A stretch of 64,000 bases of DNA from Marsupella aquatica (lineage: Eukaryota; Plantae; Marchantiophyta). This document shows, piece after piece, positions 49,052-62,700 of this stretch; positions within the stretch are counted from its first letter, which is position 1; every line of letters begins with the position of its first letter. A program made the translations under genes and the position numbers. The stretch is taken from assembly GCA_973895155.1 (NCBI GenBank), contig OZ316891.1:7247808-7311807 (forward strand). Direction: 5' to 3'. The notes under the pieces were generated by a model. The model ran no database searches. It was given only the letters and a program-made list of their open reading frames with translations, and was not told the DNA's origin.

Positions 49052-52000
49052 ATGGAAGAGGAAAAAGCTGCAGAGTACTACAATGAGCTGCTGCGGAAGG
49101 GAGGAAATGCGGCCAAATTTAAGCAGGGGTTAGGGTTCGGCGATTCTCATCCTGCTTCAGTCACCAACGAGAAAGAGCAATATGCTCCGTTGAGCAATTT
49201 TGTGAGAGGATCTAACACGGGGAAAGAAGCGGCAGATCTAGACAAGGAGATCAGAATCGAGAGCATTCGAGATAAACTTCAGAAGCGGGACGAGAGTTCC
49301 GTGCCTGAGCACCGAAGTTCCAGACCTCGGTACTCTGAGGGGCTTGGAAAGAAGTCATCTGACAGAACAGAGTCGAGAGATCATGCCAGGAGGAAATCAC
49401 CGGATAGCTCCGAGTCACAGGAGGGAGTAAGGGAGAAATCCCGACGTCACAGAAGGTCGGCTTCTCCAGAACGACCGGTGAGAGCTTCGGCAAGGAAACT
49501 GTCGGACAAGGACAGAAGAGGACGATCACGTAGCCCGAGAAGGAGAGATGGAAGAAAGATGTCGAGATCTTCAAGTGATGACGACAACCGTAGTAAGTCA
49601 TCTGAAAACCGTCGGAAACGAAGCAGAAGAAGGGGAAGGGATGGGAGTTCTTCTTCAAGAGATGACTCTCGAAGTCGACATGGGCGTAAGAGCTCTGCGG
49701 CCACTAGGAAACGGAGTCCATCCACTTCTTATGAGAAGAGAACAAGGGACGGTAGTCATTCTAATTCTAGGGGACGAGACGTAGACTACAGGCGAAGGCG
49801 GGCTTATTCTCCTCACCAATCTCGTAGAAGACATCGAAGTCGTTCCTCATCTCCGCACAGAATCTCTTCTCGCAAGTACATAGAAAATAGGTCATCAGGA
49901 CGATCGGACAGTCGTCATAATAGTAGCCGAAGGCGTGAAAATGACAGACGGCCATCAGAAAGACAACGAGATGGGAAAATGGAATCTGCAGGTTTCTCTC
50001 GCGGTTCAGGAGCGAAGGAGAGTGCACCTGAGCGGGACTACTCAAAACTCATCCCAAATTTTGATACCATGGTTTGTTTCACTACTCACTGCTCCCCGTA
50101 AATATGTCGTCTTAGGGCTTGACCCCTGTGTACTGATGATTTGACAGAATGGAATGACCATTGTTGAAGAGTTGGCTTTCAGCTTGTCTTGGAGTAGAAA
50201 TTAAAACTGCGCTGGACACGATTACCTTCTTGCTAGGGTGGAAGAAATTTTTCACTGTTGCAATTGGTTTACGCAAGGTCGCGTTGAACTCCTTTCTTCT
50301 GAAGAGATCCTGTGATAGTGGCTAGGTTTACGCAAGGTCGCGTTGAACTCCTTTCTTCTGAAGAGATCCTGTGATAGTGGCTAGCATGGTCCGCTTACAT
50401 CTTTATCGCAAGTGCATGAATAAATATTACCGTAACTGCAGACGCCAGCTGAGAAGGTCAAAGCAAAGACGAAGCTCCAGCTATCAGACGCAGGTACCGA
50501 GCTTCCGGAGAATCGTCAGCTCCTTTATCCTTTGTTGTCTTGCAATCCCAATTGCGTCAGTTCGTTTCTGGATTGCTAAATCAGAAAGGCATGACTGACG
50601 ATATCTTATTTGAGGTTGTTGCAGTTACGAAGGATCGGACTGTAGGGATGTCCGATGAGTGGGAACGGTTTGACTTCGATAAGAATGCCCCTTTGGATGA
50701 TGATGCCAAAATGGATGGGTTTGGAGGTACTCCCTCTCGTGCTATATTTCTGGCCAGTTCTTTATAAAAAGGGTGACCTTTAGGACCGTCCAGGGCCACA
50801 TCGGCGTTAAGCATAATCAATGTTGGCACAAATGATTACAATCCTATGTTCCAATGAAACGGTGACTTGAACATATAACAAATCCCAGTGGATGATCGTA
50901 GCTTCGCAGTGTGAAAATTTTGTCATATGCAGACATCTGCACTCTCGGCTTTGCAGATATTTGCCAGTAGATGATCGCCATGTTTTTTGCGTTTATAAGC
51001 AGTTGACTTGGTTTCTGCTGGTCTATTGTGATTGACATTGCACTGGTTCTGCAACGTTTGGATAGGTACTAGTCCTCTCCTCTTACCTCACGAAGTATTC
51101 ACAAAGTTGGGTTCACCAAAATGACCTTCTAAGAGCAGAAATGTGGATTTCTACCACCAAAGGGTGCAGCTCTGTCAGCTGGAAGTTAATGCAAAATATC
51201 TCCAGGTCCACCCTTGAAGTGTGTGAGGAAGAATTATGCAATGAAGCTGTGAGAGACTCGGGGATTAGGAACAGTGTTTGTATAGGACAGGAGACTGGCT
51301 CAAAATTTTGTTTAGTTTTAGGATTTGTTTTTGTGTGGATCCTACTCAGGGTCTAGTTGCTTTTGGTCATCAACTGGTTTCGTGTCAGATTCTTCTGTTG
51401 ACGTATCTATCATTGTCCTTGCAGATGGTACTGGTGCCAGTGATGATACGCTCTTTCTGAAGAATACAGGGAGCACCTATCTCTCTTCCTCGGGACAGGT
51501 ATCGTGAAGTGTGTAGAAAAGTTATTACACTAGCAAGTGAATTGAATGCTGTTGCTATTTGCTGTACTCCTTTGTTGTAACCAGCTTTTGTGAGTTTTCC
51601 TTTGTTCACCCTCACCTTTGTTTACTGTATGAATGAAGGTTACGCGGGAAGCTTTGGTGACGGCTAAACATGAGGCTTCAATATTTGGACCTCTGGAAGG
51701 TCTGTCGTTGAAGAAACTGGAACCAAGCCGAGAAACTGTTGAAGGAAAGAAGTTTAACGATGGTCGCGAATCCCTTCCCGTGGAAGTGGGGCCTGTTGTC
51801 AGCAACATAAATAGCGAGGCAAAGGATTTCCAAATTGCAATACCCCTTGTGAACAGTGTTGTTAGCGAGCAGGTACCTAATTGTTTACCTCTGAATATTC
51901 CCTTGTCAGGTTATTCTGTCGGCCGCTTGAAGGTACTGAAATATGCCAGGCCGCTCAATAGCGGCATAAAATTTTATTCTCTCTGTATTTCAAATATTGC

Positions 52001-52450
52001 GTAACATTTCCCATAGTTGAATTGGGCATAGGAGAAATATGTCAACTGTTGGCCTGTTTTGAATGATGTCAATTTCTGGAAAACTTACTTTTCCTAAAAT
52101 GTGTATGTTATGTTTTAGGCTTAGTTAACTTGGGTGACGTATGAGGTTTAGACTAAATACAGTTCTAGAAAAAACAATTTGATTCAAACATTGAAAAGAG
52201 TTGTACGAACTGGTAACAAAATTGTCGAAGAAATTTTGAAGGGATGATGTAAAAGGGTGTGGCTTACGGAGGATTTCGTTAGTAGCAACCTATTTCTCCG
52301 ATTCATTGGCATGTGTGCTTGAGCTGATCTGGGAATGCAAAACATGCATCTGGCTTCGTTTTACAGGTAATAGCCATGCAACAGGCTGGATCATGGCAGG
52401 ACCGGGCACGCAAGATGAAAGAAGCTCGAAAAGTAGCCCTGCATTATTGA
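49052..52450 (+). CDS. Conserved plant Arg/Ser-rich protein (possibly splicing-related), 6 exons
   Basis: Exons 49052-50071, 50442-50493, 50625-50726, 51425-51498, 51639-51872, 52367-52450. N-terminus MEEEKAAEYYNELLRKGGNAAKFKQGLGF, RS-rich middle, then TPAEKVKAK, WERFDFDKNAPLD, HEASIFG, GSWQDRA. Confidence 0.8.
50266..50383. repeat. Perfect 59-bp tandem duplication in intron 1
   Basis: GGTTTACGCAAGG...GATAGTGGCTA twice, identical. Confidence 0.95.
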
Positions 52451-53355
52451 TGAGTTCAGATTTGAGAGCTACTCCTATTTTTTGGTCTCGTCGCTTTCAT
52501 GCACGATGGAGCAAACTGCTAACAGCCACTGAGCCAAATGTCATCGAGTTGCCAGGAGGGGGAGGGGATTTTTAATGTAGGGCTTTTATCTGTCCTCTCG
52601 TTTGTGTAAAGTTTGCTAGTTCGAAAATACCTTCAATAGTTGGTTTAACCCATTATGAAATTTCACTTCTACTAATTAAGCGGGAGAAATCATGTGTGTT
52701 GGTATGTATCTTCTTATATGTCAATATCTTCCTGACTTGCCTTCTCTTAATGCGTATGCAGGCTTACCCTGTTCTTGATCCGGCTATCGAGTATCCCCAA
52801 TGCCTGCGCCAGATACTGGTGGGATCATCTCTTTAACTTTCATGAGCCACTTCTTTCGGGTCTACTCCTTCATCTCGAAATTGCAAGGTGACATCTGCTC
52901 TTGAATCTTGATCACGATTCTCTGCGGTCCAGGCTGTCGTTTTGCACATGGGCTACTTAATATTCAGACATGCTCTTCTATTGTCAACTGTAAGTGTATT
53001 TAAAACTGCTTGCAGTTTTGCAGACCACTATACGTAGTTCGAACTCTGGCTTGATAGTTTACCGCAGTTTAAGCTACTTACAGCAACCCTTAGAGTTTTG
53101 AGTAAGTTTCATCTCGACCAACTCTAAGTTCAGTCCTTTCCTGGGTGGTACGGCATACTGAGGACAGTTGGCTGAGAAAAGAGTGCCGGGTACCAAGGGT
53201 ACGACATGGTCAAAATTTGTCAAAAGTAGACACAGTGAGTCATTCAATTGTTTTCGAGATCTTTATGCAATGGCACAATTCCAAGATGTCACTCCTACAT
53301 GGAACTTTTGGTGTAGGTGTTGAGTGGTTTTGACAAAGGTGCATTTAACTCCATC

Positions 53356-53453
53356 TGCAGGATTCAAGAGAGTTAACTATGTTTCAAAATTGAGATCCAT
53401 TGCATGCAGGGTTCAAGAGAGTTAACTATGTTTCAAGATTGAGATTCATTGCA
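53356..53453. repeat. 49-bp tandem duplication
   Basis: TGCAGG(A/G)TTCAAGAGAGTTAACTATGTTTCAA(A/G)ATTGAGAT(C/T)CATTGCA twice. Confidence 0.85.
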
Positions 53454-53529
53454 CCCAGTATACATGAATACCATTTGACTTTGTTGGGGATTTCATAGTG
53501 AGTCACAATATCATGGCACGTTGCAAACA

Positions 53530-54400
53530 AGAATTTATTTATTTTTAAATTAAAATAATTTTTCCTAAATCTTTTCATATCATATTATAAAATATTATTT
53601 TATTTTATTTGATATAATTAATTTATATATTTTATATTAAATATAAATATATAAAATTAATTAAATATTTATAACAATTAAAATAAATTAAATAATCATA
53701 TATTTAATATTAAAAAAAATTATTTTAAAAAAAATTATTTTTATTAAAATATAATATATTAAAGAGTAATATTAAATATCATAAAAATAATAAAAATATA
53801 AAAATAAAAATTAATAAAATATAAAACTTAAAATAAGATTAATTATATGAAAATTTAATGAAATAAAAAATTAATTATGTCTTGGATTTGTACATAATGA
53901 ATTAAAGTTATATGGAGAAGAGATCATTTGTCATATTCCTTATTCCATTGATAATGTATAATTTTCTATTTTCAAATTAAATTTCATAAAAATAACATTA
54001 GAGATTATGTATTCAAAAATTAAATATTGATTACATTTTAAACTTAACATCTAAAACTAAAAATACAAAGAATATAGGGATACACAAATCAATTCTAAAA
54101 ATTTTTCCAAAAAATAAATTTGATTTTAAATAGTTTGCTTACAAACCAAATAGTGAACACTTTCAATAAGTTTGGAATAAAAAATAGGAAAAATAATTTT
54201 AATAAAAAACTTATAATAAATAAATGATAGAGCTATAATTATATTATTTTAAGTTGATCAAGAAAAAAAAAAAAATTTTATTATTATAAATTAGATAACA
54301 CCACTTTAATAATTTACAAAAATAATTATTTCATTTAAAAAAATACTTCTTTTGTATTGATAATATAACTTTAAGAATTTTCAAAGATAAAGAAAACAAA
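53530..54400. other. Extremely AT-rich low-complexity tract
   Basis: Almost exclusively A/T from 53535-53880; no ORFs. Confidence 0.85.
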
Positions 54401-54713
54401 TTCTTGTGTTAAACCTATGGATAAACTTCAATGTTTACAAGTCTACTTTATTTGAAAAACAGCATACTTAAAATGACAGGACTCATTAAATGTAACTTGA
54501 GTGTACTAATAGGTGATTAGATATCTCTTAAAAGTGTACTAACAAATGAATTGATAATCTAACTTCCCATAGTATATCTGGGTAAGGTGCTAGGGCAAGG
54601 GGCTTCCAAAAATTGTGTAGTTCAGTGATCTCTGTCACATTTTGCTCCACCTAAAAGAGCCATGGAGGGGGAAATTGATACAGGACTGATCATTATGTTG
54701 GACTGCCATGTGG

Positions 54714-54900
54714 ACCACATTTAGGTGGTGCATGGGAGTTCGGGCCCCATAACTGGATGATTTTGAATACTAAAGTAATTTCTAGTTTTTCAATTGCACC
54801 ACAACCAGAAAAAAAAGGAGAGCCATTTTGGTGGTGCATGGGAGTTCAGGGCCTTAACTTGATAATTTTGAGTTCTAAAATAAATTTTAGTTTGCATGTG
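54714..54900 (+). repeat. Dispersed/tandem repeat (GGTGGTGCATGGGAGTTC..ATAACT..GAT); another copy at ~56630-56730
   Basis: Two local copies plus one ~1.9 kb downstream. Confidence 0.6.
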
Positions 54901-57151
54901 CATGGTTTAGGGTTTTGGATATTGACCTCCATTTTACATAAGATGTGTATGTCTATAATGTCAATATGATTGTATATTCAATTCTTTTGGTGAACTTTAT
55001 TGTTAGGGTGTCATAGAAATATACAGATGTGGAAATTTGCACTAATCTATTCTAGATTAAATAAACATCAAAATGACTCAAAAAAAATTGTATGATGGCC
55101 CCCTTAAAATCAATCAGCTCGGTCCTCTGAACGCTACTAAGTTGTCTCTCTTACCATACTTGCCAAATTGAATATAGAGGAATAATCTATTCAAACCAGA
55201 ATGTACTTAGGAGCTTATTCTGAAACCCCAATTTTAGAATCTTAATAGCATGGGTTAAGATATTAATACTTCCTCCCTTCTTCACCAATGCCCTTATTGC
55301 AATACTCACGAACCCCAATTCTTAGAAACTAAATATCATTGGGTTAAAATATGAACATGTCCCACTTCCTCACTTATGTACTCACTGCAGGAAACTGACC
55401 TCCCCTTATGGCCAATCCACCTGACCTGCTCAAGGCTGCTATTATTTAGAGGTAAGTATTTAATTTGTGAGCAGAGTCCATCCTCTATTTTTCTTAATTT
55501 TTTAAAATATAGATAGAACCCCATTATATTTATTCTTGATTTTTGTAGGAATCCATTTTTAAGTGTCTTCGGTTGCAAGAGAACCCGGCCCACATTATAT
55601 AGTCTGAGTTGCAAGACTCTATCAAAGGGACTCAACTGGCTGACCTTCCAGCATCGTTGAGCCCTTCTAGGACTCTGCTAAGTGGTTAACATTTATGTTA
55701 GCAATGCTTGTCTCCTTTGGTAAACACAAAGCAACTAGATTACAGTACATTACTTATGTCAAGGGTACCACTTACCTCATTAGACTACAATCATAATGAT
55801 CTGTACCATCCTTCTTGTTAGTACCTTCCCACCCCCTCTTTCTATTTATTTTTATGCTCTTTGAATGCGGTACATTTCTGTATACTTTTTTCTTCCTTTA
55901 TGAGTCAAGAAACATTTAATGCTCTCCAATACTCTGACAACTGAAGCCATGCTGGACTGCAATGTGACACTGGTCATCCCAGTCCCCTATACTGCTACCG
56001 GCTCCAGCCTGAGTTTGTCTGAAGATAAACCAATACTTTACCATTTTGTCACCCACTCTGGTCCGATTTACTTTGTGTCAATCGCTTTAGGTTTATGTTC
56101 TGGGACCCTTCACTTTAGTGTTGTCACCCCGTGCTGCTGCCTGCTCCAACCCAAGTTTGCCAAAACATAAATCAAATCTATCATTAGTTAATTGACTCGT
56201 ATCCAAAGTACTAGGCTTTGCCTAAACACTCAGACTCTATTACGACACAGGCATGACTCCGCTTGAAAGAAGTGTTTTAGGGTTTAGGGTAAACCCTAAG
56301 CCACAACTCCATAGAGAAGAAGCATTTGCCAAAACATAAACCAAGGCCTATCAATCATGACTCTTGACCAAATAGGCTTCCCTTGAACACTTACACTTTG
56401 TTACAAAGCAAGCATGACTCCGATGGAAAGAAATGTTGTCAGAACATAAATCACAACTCCACAAAGTCAATTGGCCAGAGCAGGTGAAAAAATGTAGTAT
56501 TGGTTTATGTTTTCGAAACTTGGTTCCAAGTGAGCAACAGCATCGGGGAATGGGACGGCCAATGCACTGGGCCCAGGAAAATGGGGGGGGCATTAAATGG
56601 GCATAGATTTAACAAGCTTGCTCTCATGTACCACATTTAGATGGTCCATGGGATTTTGGAGCCCATAACTTGATGATAATGAGTTCTAAAATAATTTTTA
56701 GGTTTTCACCTGCTAGGCAACTAGAGAAGGAGATGACAATTAAAAAACAGAAGCCCAATATTTCATATATTACACAATGAAAACTAATTTAATGACACTT
56801 ATCTCTCTGCATTTGATGATGAAATCCTCAACCAAATGGCCAAAATTTGAAGTGTCAATTTGATGGAAGTGTAGCATACACACTCCTCAAGCATATGCAC
56901 TAAACTTTTTTAAAAATTGAATTTATGAATATCCAGCTACGAAAATTAAACTCAAATTTTTGGAAATGTGATTCATGGGTATTTCAAAGGCCAACCTTGT
57001 GGTCCATGAGGGCTTCATATCCAATACCATGAAAATCCAATAAAAGAAACAGTTATTTGAGGAATAAAACAAAGCAATGACGTAGTAGAACTCGCATGCT
57101 AGATCCCCCTCACGAATGTCCTCATTGCAAAAGATTTCGACCTTTCTGGAA

Positions 57152-57420
57152 CAATGGGTCCCATTTGATCTTCAAGCACATGGCACATCTTCTAAAATTA
57201 TAAACGGAATCACTTTATCCAAAAAGTGATTTGCAAGGCACGTGACACCCTCGTGCCAAATCCTGCTATTCCTCTGAAAGGGAAGAATTACAAAGGAATG
57301 ATCAGTGGGTCCCATTGGATCTTCGTTCACATGGCAAATCTTCTAAATTCATAAACAAAAACATGCCATCCACAATTGATTTGCAAGGCACGTGACACCC
57401 TTGTGAAAGTCCTTGCTGTG
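57152..57420. repeat. ~151-bp-period diverged tandem duplication
   Basis: TGGGTCCCATT..CACATGGC..TGATTTGCAAGGCACGTGACACCCT twice. Confidence 0.8.
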
Positions 57421-58021
57421 CTCTCACAGGAGGAGCCAAAACTCTACGATGTAACGCTCCGTGGAACCCGGTGAGGGGAGAGAATGTGAGGCTCTGGCTA
57501 GTCATGACACTTAGTCTTTCTCAGTAGCTAATAGCCGCGTCATTCTGGCCTGCGGGAGGGGGTATAAACTACTTTTGACCATCCCGGCCTTTTCGCCCTG
57601 CCGTTTGAGTTAACTTTTCAAACTTAACGCAAATTCTCAGCCACTGGGAGGTTTTGTCTTGTATTATCGGATCACTTAACGGCAGGATTAGATTCACCCT
57701 CCTTTGTCTATTGTCAACAGCTCGCTCTGAATTACTTAGGGAATTACGAAAACTCTAGCTTGGCTCCTGTTCTGATTACACTCAATGTTTTACAAAGAGT
57801 TTGACCCAACAGTCTGAAATTGTTGCGATTCTTCGTGCTGGGCATCAAGCATCCTTCTCTCAGCAAGCGCCACATTGGTGTATCTCCTGTTGCTCACGCA
57901 ACACTGGCCATACTGGTCCGCTTACTCACAAGCAACACCAAGGCGGTTGGAAGACTCCCGGCAATCCCCGCTATAGAACGAGCTTTTACGAGCCAGATTA
58001 CGAGCTTCTCCCCTTGGTGTT

Positions 58022-59767
58022 ATGGCGAGCAGTGCATCCAGGCGATCTGCCCGATCAGCAACTAATCGCCCAACAATCTCCAACCACAATGACGAGACAC
58101 AACGCGCACCACACGGTCAGTCACTTGTGGAAACAGGCCATCCCATGATTCCCACCGTGCTGACCCAGGAAATTTTCTACATTCAGGAAGACGTTCTGCA
58201 GCAGGGGACAAAACGGATCTATGGGAATAAGGTTGTTCTTGGATTCGAATCGGAATTCGACGCTCGGCTCACCAGGGATTGGATTTCAGCTTACAATCAG
58301 GAGAATGAAACCAAATTGTCCTTGCATGATGAGTTGTCTCAGGCCTTATTCGTAGTGCAGTTTGATGCTAACTCGGGGGACCATATCAAGGACTGTCTGC
58401 TGAGAGCCTCACCTCTCAAAGCTTTAGACAGATATGCGGCCGTGAATGATTACACCCCCAAGTTTGATCCATGCAGCTCACCTGACTTCAAACATCTGGT
58501 TTCGGTGTACATTAAGCAAGGTAGTCCGGAGATTTACGAATACATTAAGTTTGTCGTGGCACCGATTGGGCGCTTCATTCGGGCTAAGCAGGCACCAGGC
58601 ACTGAGCAGCACCACATTTCTGCTATTGTGGAGACTACACTTAAGATTTTCCCCTCGCACAGTAAATTCCAACTGAGCAGCCCGGGCGCTACTACTGTTC
58701 AATTCGATTACATTGGCAGGAACCTCCGCTGCTGCTTCTGTTTTTCCTACAGACACTTCGCATCCAAGTGTCCACTACCACGCCCCCCCTTCTTCAAGGG
58801 CCACAACATACTATTCAATGCCCCGGGCAAGGAGGCCAATCATCCCATCGCATCCAATCAATCAACCAAACTTAAGGTGCGACTTGACGAGGTGGCATTT
58901 CACCAATACCAGAAGAAGGCCGACAAGGCAACGACGGAGGCTGAATACTGGAGGGGCCAGGCTGAAGAACGGCAACGTCGTGAAGAATCGGAACTCCAGA
59001 GTCTAGCACTTAGGGCCGAGCTCTTTGAGGCTGAGAAGGCATCTAAGGGGGACACGGACCTGGCTTCCTCCGCCATCAAAGGATCCACCAGACCTCAATC
59101 CTCCAACTCCTCCAAGCGAGGACCACGTAGGAGTGCGCGAAAGGCATTGCAAAAATCACGCCAATTACAAGGTAATCAGCCCGCTGACGCCACCACTAGC
59201 GATACGAACTGCAAGCAATCTGGTCAGGCCTACGGCGAAAAGGGCAGCGCTGTTCATCCATTTACCAAATCGGCGATTGTCCCTACGGGCTCAATTGCCA
59301 ACTCTGGCAAGGTGTAGCAACCCTCTAATCCACGATGACCACCAAAACGTGTTTGGATCGTCAGGCCTTCACATGCCAGTGGCTCAACAAAAGCCCCGAC
59401 CCCCAGGGAGGAGCTGATTGAGGTAGTGGTAACGACAACCGATACACCGCCATTGCCTCTACCGATTATCACCTCTCCATCTGTACCCATTGATCTGGAG
59501 AACATTACCATCCGCAAGCGTCAATTCTCTCGTGAACCATCGACGATGGATTCAGACCCGTTACCCCTATCACCGTGTGAGACTCCGTCTAGGGCTAAAC
59601 GCCCCAGACTCCTGGCGCCCATTTCACACCCGATTTTCTGCCACAAAATACCACCAACTCAAGATGACCAAACTCACCATTCTGACATACAATTTGCGGG
59701 GACTAGCATCCAGGCGGCGTCGACTACGAGCCAGATTCATCCTGGAGGGGCTACAACATTCCCCTGA
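58022..59767 (+). pseudogene. LINE ORF1 (CX2CX4HX4C knuckle, coiled coil, low-complexity tail) with stops at 59315 and 59336
   Basis: CCFCFSYRHFASKC. The 59426-59767 ORF is in the same frame as 58022-59317. Confidence 0.75.
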
Positions 59768-62700
59768 TATTTTGTGCATACAGGAACACAAGCTTCGGGC
59801 TGGCAGAATCAATAAGCTTCAAGAAACTTGGCGAACTGCACACTGGGTTTGTGCTCCTGCAGCGGATGGAGCTCATTCCACACGTAATAACAGAGTGGAG
59901 GCTGGCCAGGGTGGAATGGCGATTGCCATTAGGAATAGTCTCTTTCAATTTGTGGTCTCGGAGGGGGTTTTAACTTGTGGGCGGGCTGCTTGGTGCTGTA
60001 TGGTCCACGCTGGGCTTGGCAAGGTGGGTTTCCTTGGAATCTACGCACCTAATTCAGCTCGCGGAAGGACTAACTTGTGGAGGGAACTTTTCAATCGGCT
60101 GGATCCATCCTTTTCTTGGATGCTACTGGGTGACTTCAATATGATCGAGAATATCTCTGACCACTGTGGGGGCCAGGGATCTACCCTTGCGGGCAGTGAG
60201 AAGAGAGCCTGGCAACATCTCAAGAGGAGGCTGCATTTGGTGGACTCCTTTCAGGCGCAACAGGGGCATCTTCAATTCAGCTGGGATAACAAAAAGAGCT
60301 TTCGACACGTACCTGACATAATGAATGAGGTGCTGGTTGGCGGACGGGTCTTGAGAAGGCTTGACAGAATCTACACTTCCAAGGGGACGTTCCAAGGGAA
60401 TTTCACAGTTACATCGACCATTCTGCCCGGGATTACCTTATCGGACCATGCACCGGTGTTGGCCACTGTCGTACCTCTTGTCCCCATTCAGAGGCCATCA
60501 CAGCACCGCATGAATACCAGCCACCAGCAGTAGGGGGATTATCAGGAACGGATCATCACCATGTGGGAACAGGAGGAACTTTTGTGCAATTTGAGCGGAT
60601 TGCCATCGGACCTCACTCTCATTCGCTGTCTCAAAAAAGCTAGGAAGATTGACAGGTGTTGGGGCAAGAGGAAGGCTGCTGAAAGGCGTCAAAGGGAAAA
60701 TACATTACGCCGTAATCTAGCTTTAGCACAACTGCATCTTGAAACCAACCCACAGGACTTCAGGAAACAAGCTGCGGTGAAGGAGGCAGAAACCTTACTT
60801 CATGAATTTGAAGCTGAGCGGGTCCAATGGATGGACTATGTCCTACAATCAAGGTGGATCGGGGAGGGAGATAAATGCTCTAAACTTTTCTTTAGGAGCT
60901 TCAAGGGGCTGGCCCAAAACAAGGAGATCACTCAACTCTTCAACTCAGAGGAATGCATCGTCAGTGAGTGGAATGCCATGGCAAACACTGCCACCCTCTT
61001 CTTTCAAGACATTCTTGGTCAATCTGCTGGACACCACTGGGGACAGGTGATGCAAGTACTCGACCAACAATCAGAGCGCATCCCCCGGGAAGACAGGATT
61101 CTGCTGAACCAACCCCTTACGGTGGAGGAGCTTGGGAAGGCAACTGCGGCGAAAAACAAATGTCCTGGACCAGACGGGGTCCCGGTTGAATTTTTCTTGG
61201 CACATTGGGGCAAGGTGGGACCATCTGTGCAACGCGCCCTGCTTCACGGGATCAGCATGGGGATTTTCTCGCAGGAGATAACTTGCGGATTCATTGTGCT
61301 CCTTCCCAAGAAAGATGACCAACGATACCTAACCAATAAGCGACCCATCACGCTACTCAATACGGTGCATAAGATTGGTGCGAAAGCTCTTCAGCTGAGG
61401 TTAACCCCTATCCTCCAGAAATTCATTTCGCATCAACAATTCGCTTTCCTTCCGGGCCGCAATATTCACCACTCACTTATGCTTCTCAACGAGATGCTGC
61501 ACCATGCTAAATGTTCTGGTTTGGAATACATCCTACTGAAGTTGGATATCACCAAGGCATTCGATAAATTGGAATGGCGCTTCCTCGAGTCCCTGTTGGC
61601 GAAAGTTGGATTCGGGGGCCTGCTCATGGATTTCTTGCAGGCCACACATGCATCTGCCACCTCTGCGGTAATGGTTAACGGGCGAATGGCCTCACCCTTC
61701 AGATTGGCTCGCTCGGTTAGGCAGGGATGCCCCTTATCTCCCTTGTTGTTCCTCATCGCTATTGATTCCCTCAGCCGAATAATTCAGTGGGAAGTCAGCC
61801 GGGGCACAATTCGGGGCGTGGACATTCAACATGTGGCGGTACACAATGTGCACAATTTGTTCGCAGATGATATTGCCATGCTCATTCGCGCAGTGATGCA
61901 TTATGTGGATCAATGCAGGATGATTCTTCAGCTTTTCGGCATGGCCTCTGGTCTCTACTGTGCCTGGGAGAAGACCAAAGCCGTGTATATCTCACCCCAT
62001 CCCATTCCAACAGAATTCAAGTGCTTACCCTGGCAGTGGGAGGACGACACCAATGCCACCAAGCTTCTTGGAGTTCCTTTGGCTCAACACATCTCGGAAT
62101 CACAGATGGTCTCAACATTGTCTGAGAGGCTGGAGACTAGGTTAGATCACGTCCGTAGGAGCTCTGCTTCTCTGATCGCTCAGGTCACTATGGCCAATCA
62201 CTTAGTCATGAGCACGCTTTGGTACACGCTCACCGTGTGGGCAGGCCAATTGAATACCTTGGACGATCTCCAGAAGAAGATTACTGCTTTCGTATGGGCT
62301 GGACAGAACACGAAGGCCAGGGCAAGGGTGGACTTTGCTTCTATTACACGACGTAAGCGATTTGGCGGATTGGGCTTGATTTCGCTTGCAGCTCAATTCA
62401 GGGCCCTCGCTGGAAAATTCATCATTTGGGCACTTGCTGAAGGGGATCATCCCTTGCGCCGCATCCTCCAATACGAAATGAAGCAGCTATCACAACAAAG
62501 ATGGGGAACGGAGGACTTCACCTGGGTATTCTCACAATGTCACACTCTACCACTGTCCGGATCACGCGTATGGACCAACGTTTGCACCGCATGGAATGTC
62601 CTTAAGAAAAATCTGAGACCTTCACAACCGGGCCACCTTGAGGGTTGGAGGGATCTCCCTCTGTGGAGGCCACATCTAAACCACGTCAACTCGTCGATGG

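Noticed and set aside
56275-56299. TTTAGGG/CCCTAA motifs (also near 24744, 25250, 54904) as telomeric or fusion sites
   Set aside because: Only 1-3 units each; consistent with common interstitial telo-box motifs
57450-57509. TGTAACG...TGACA segment as a mini LTR
   Set aside because: Only 60 bp, no TSD, no PBS or PPT
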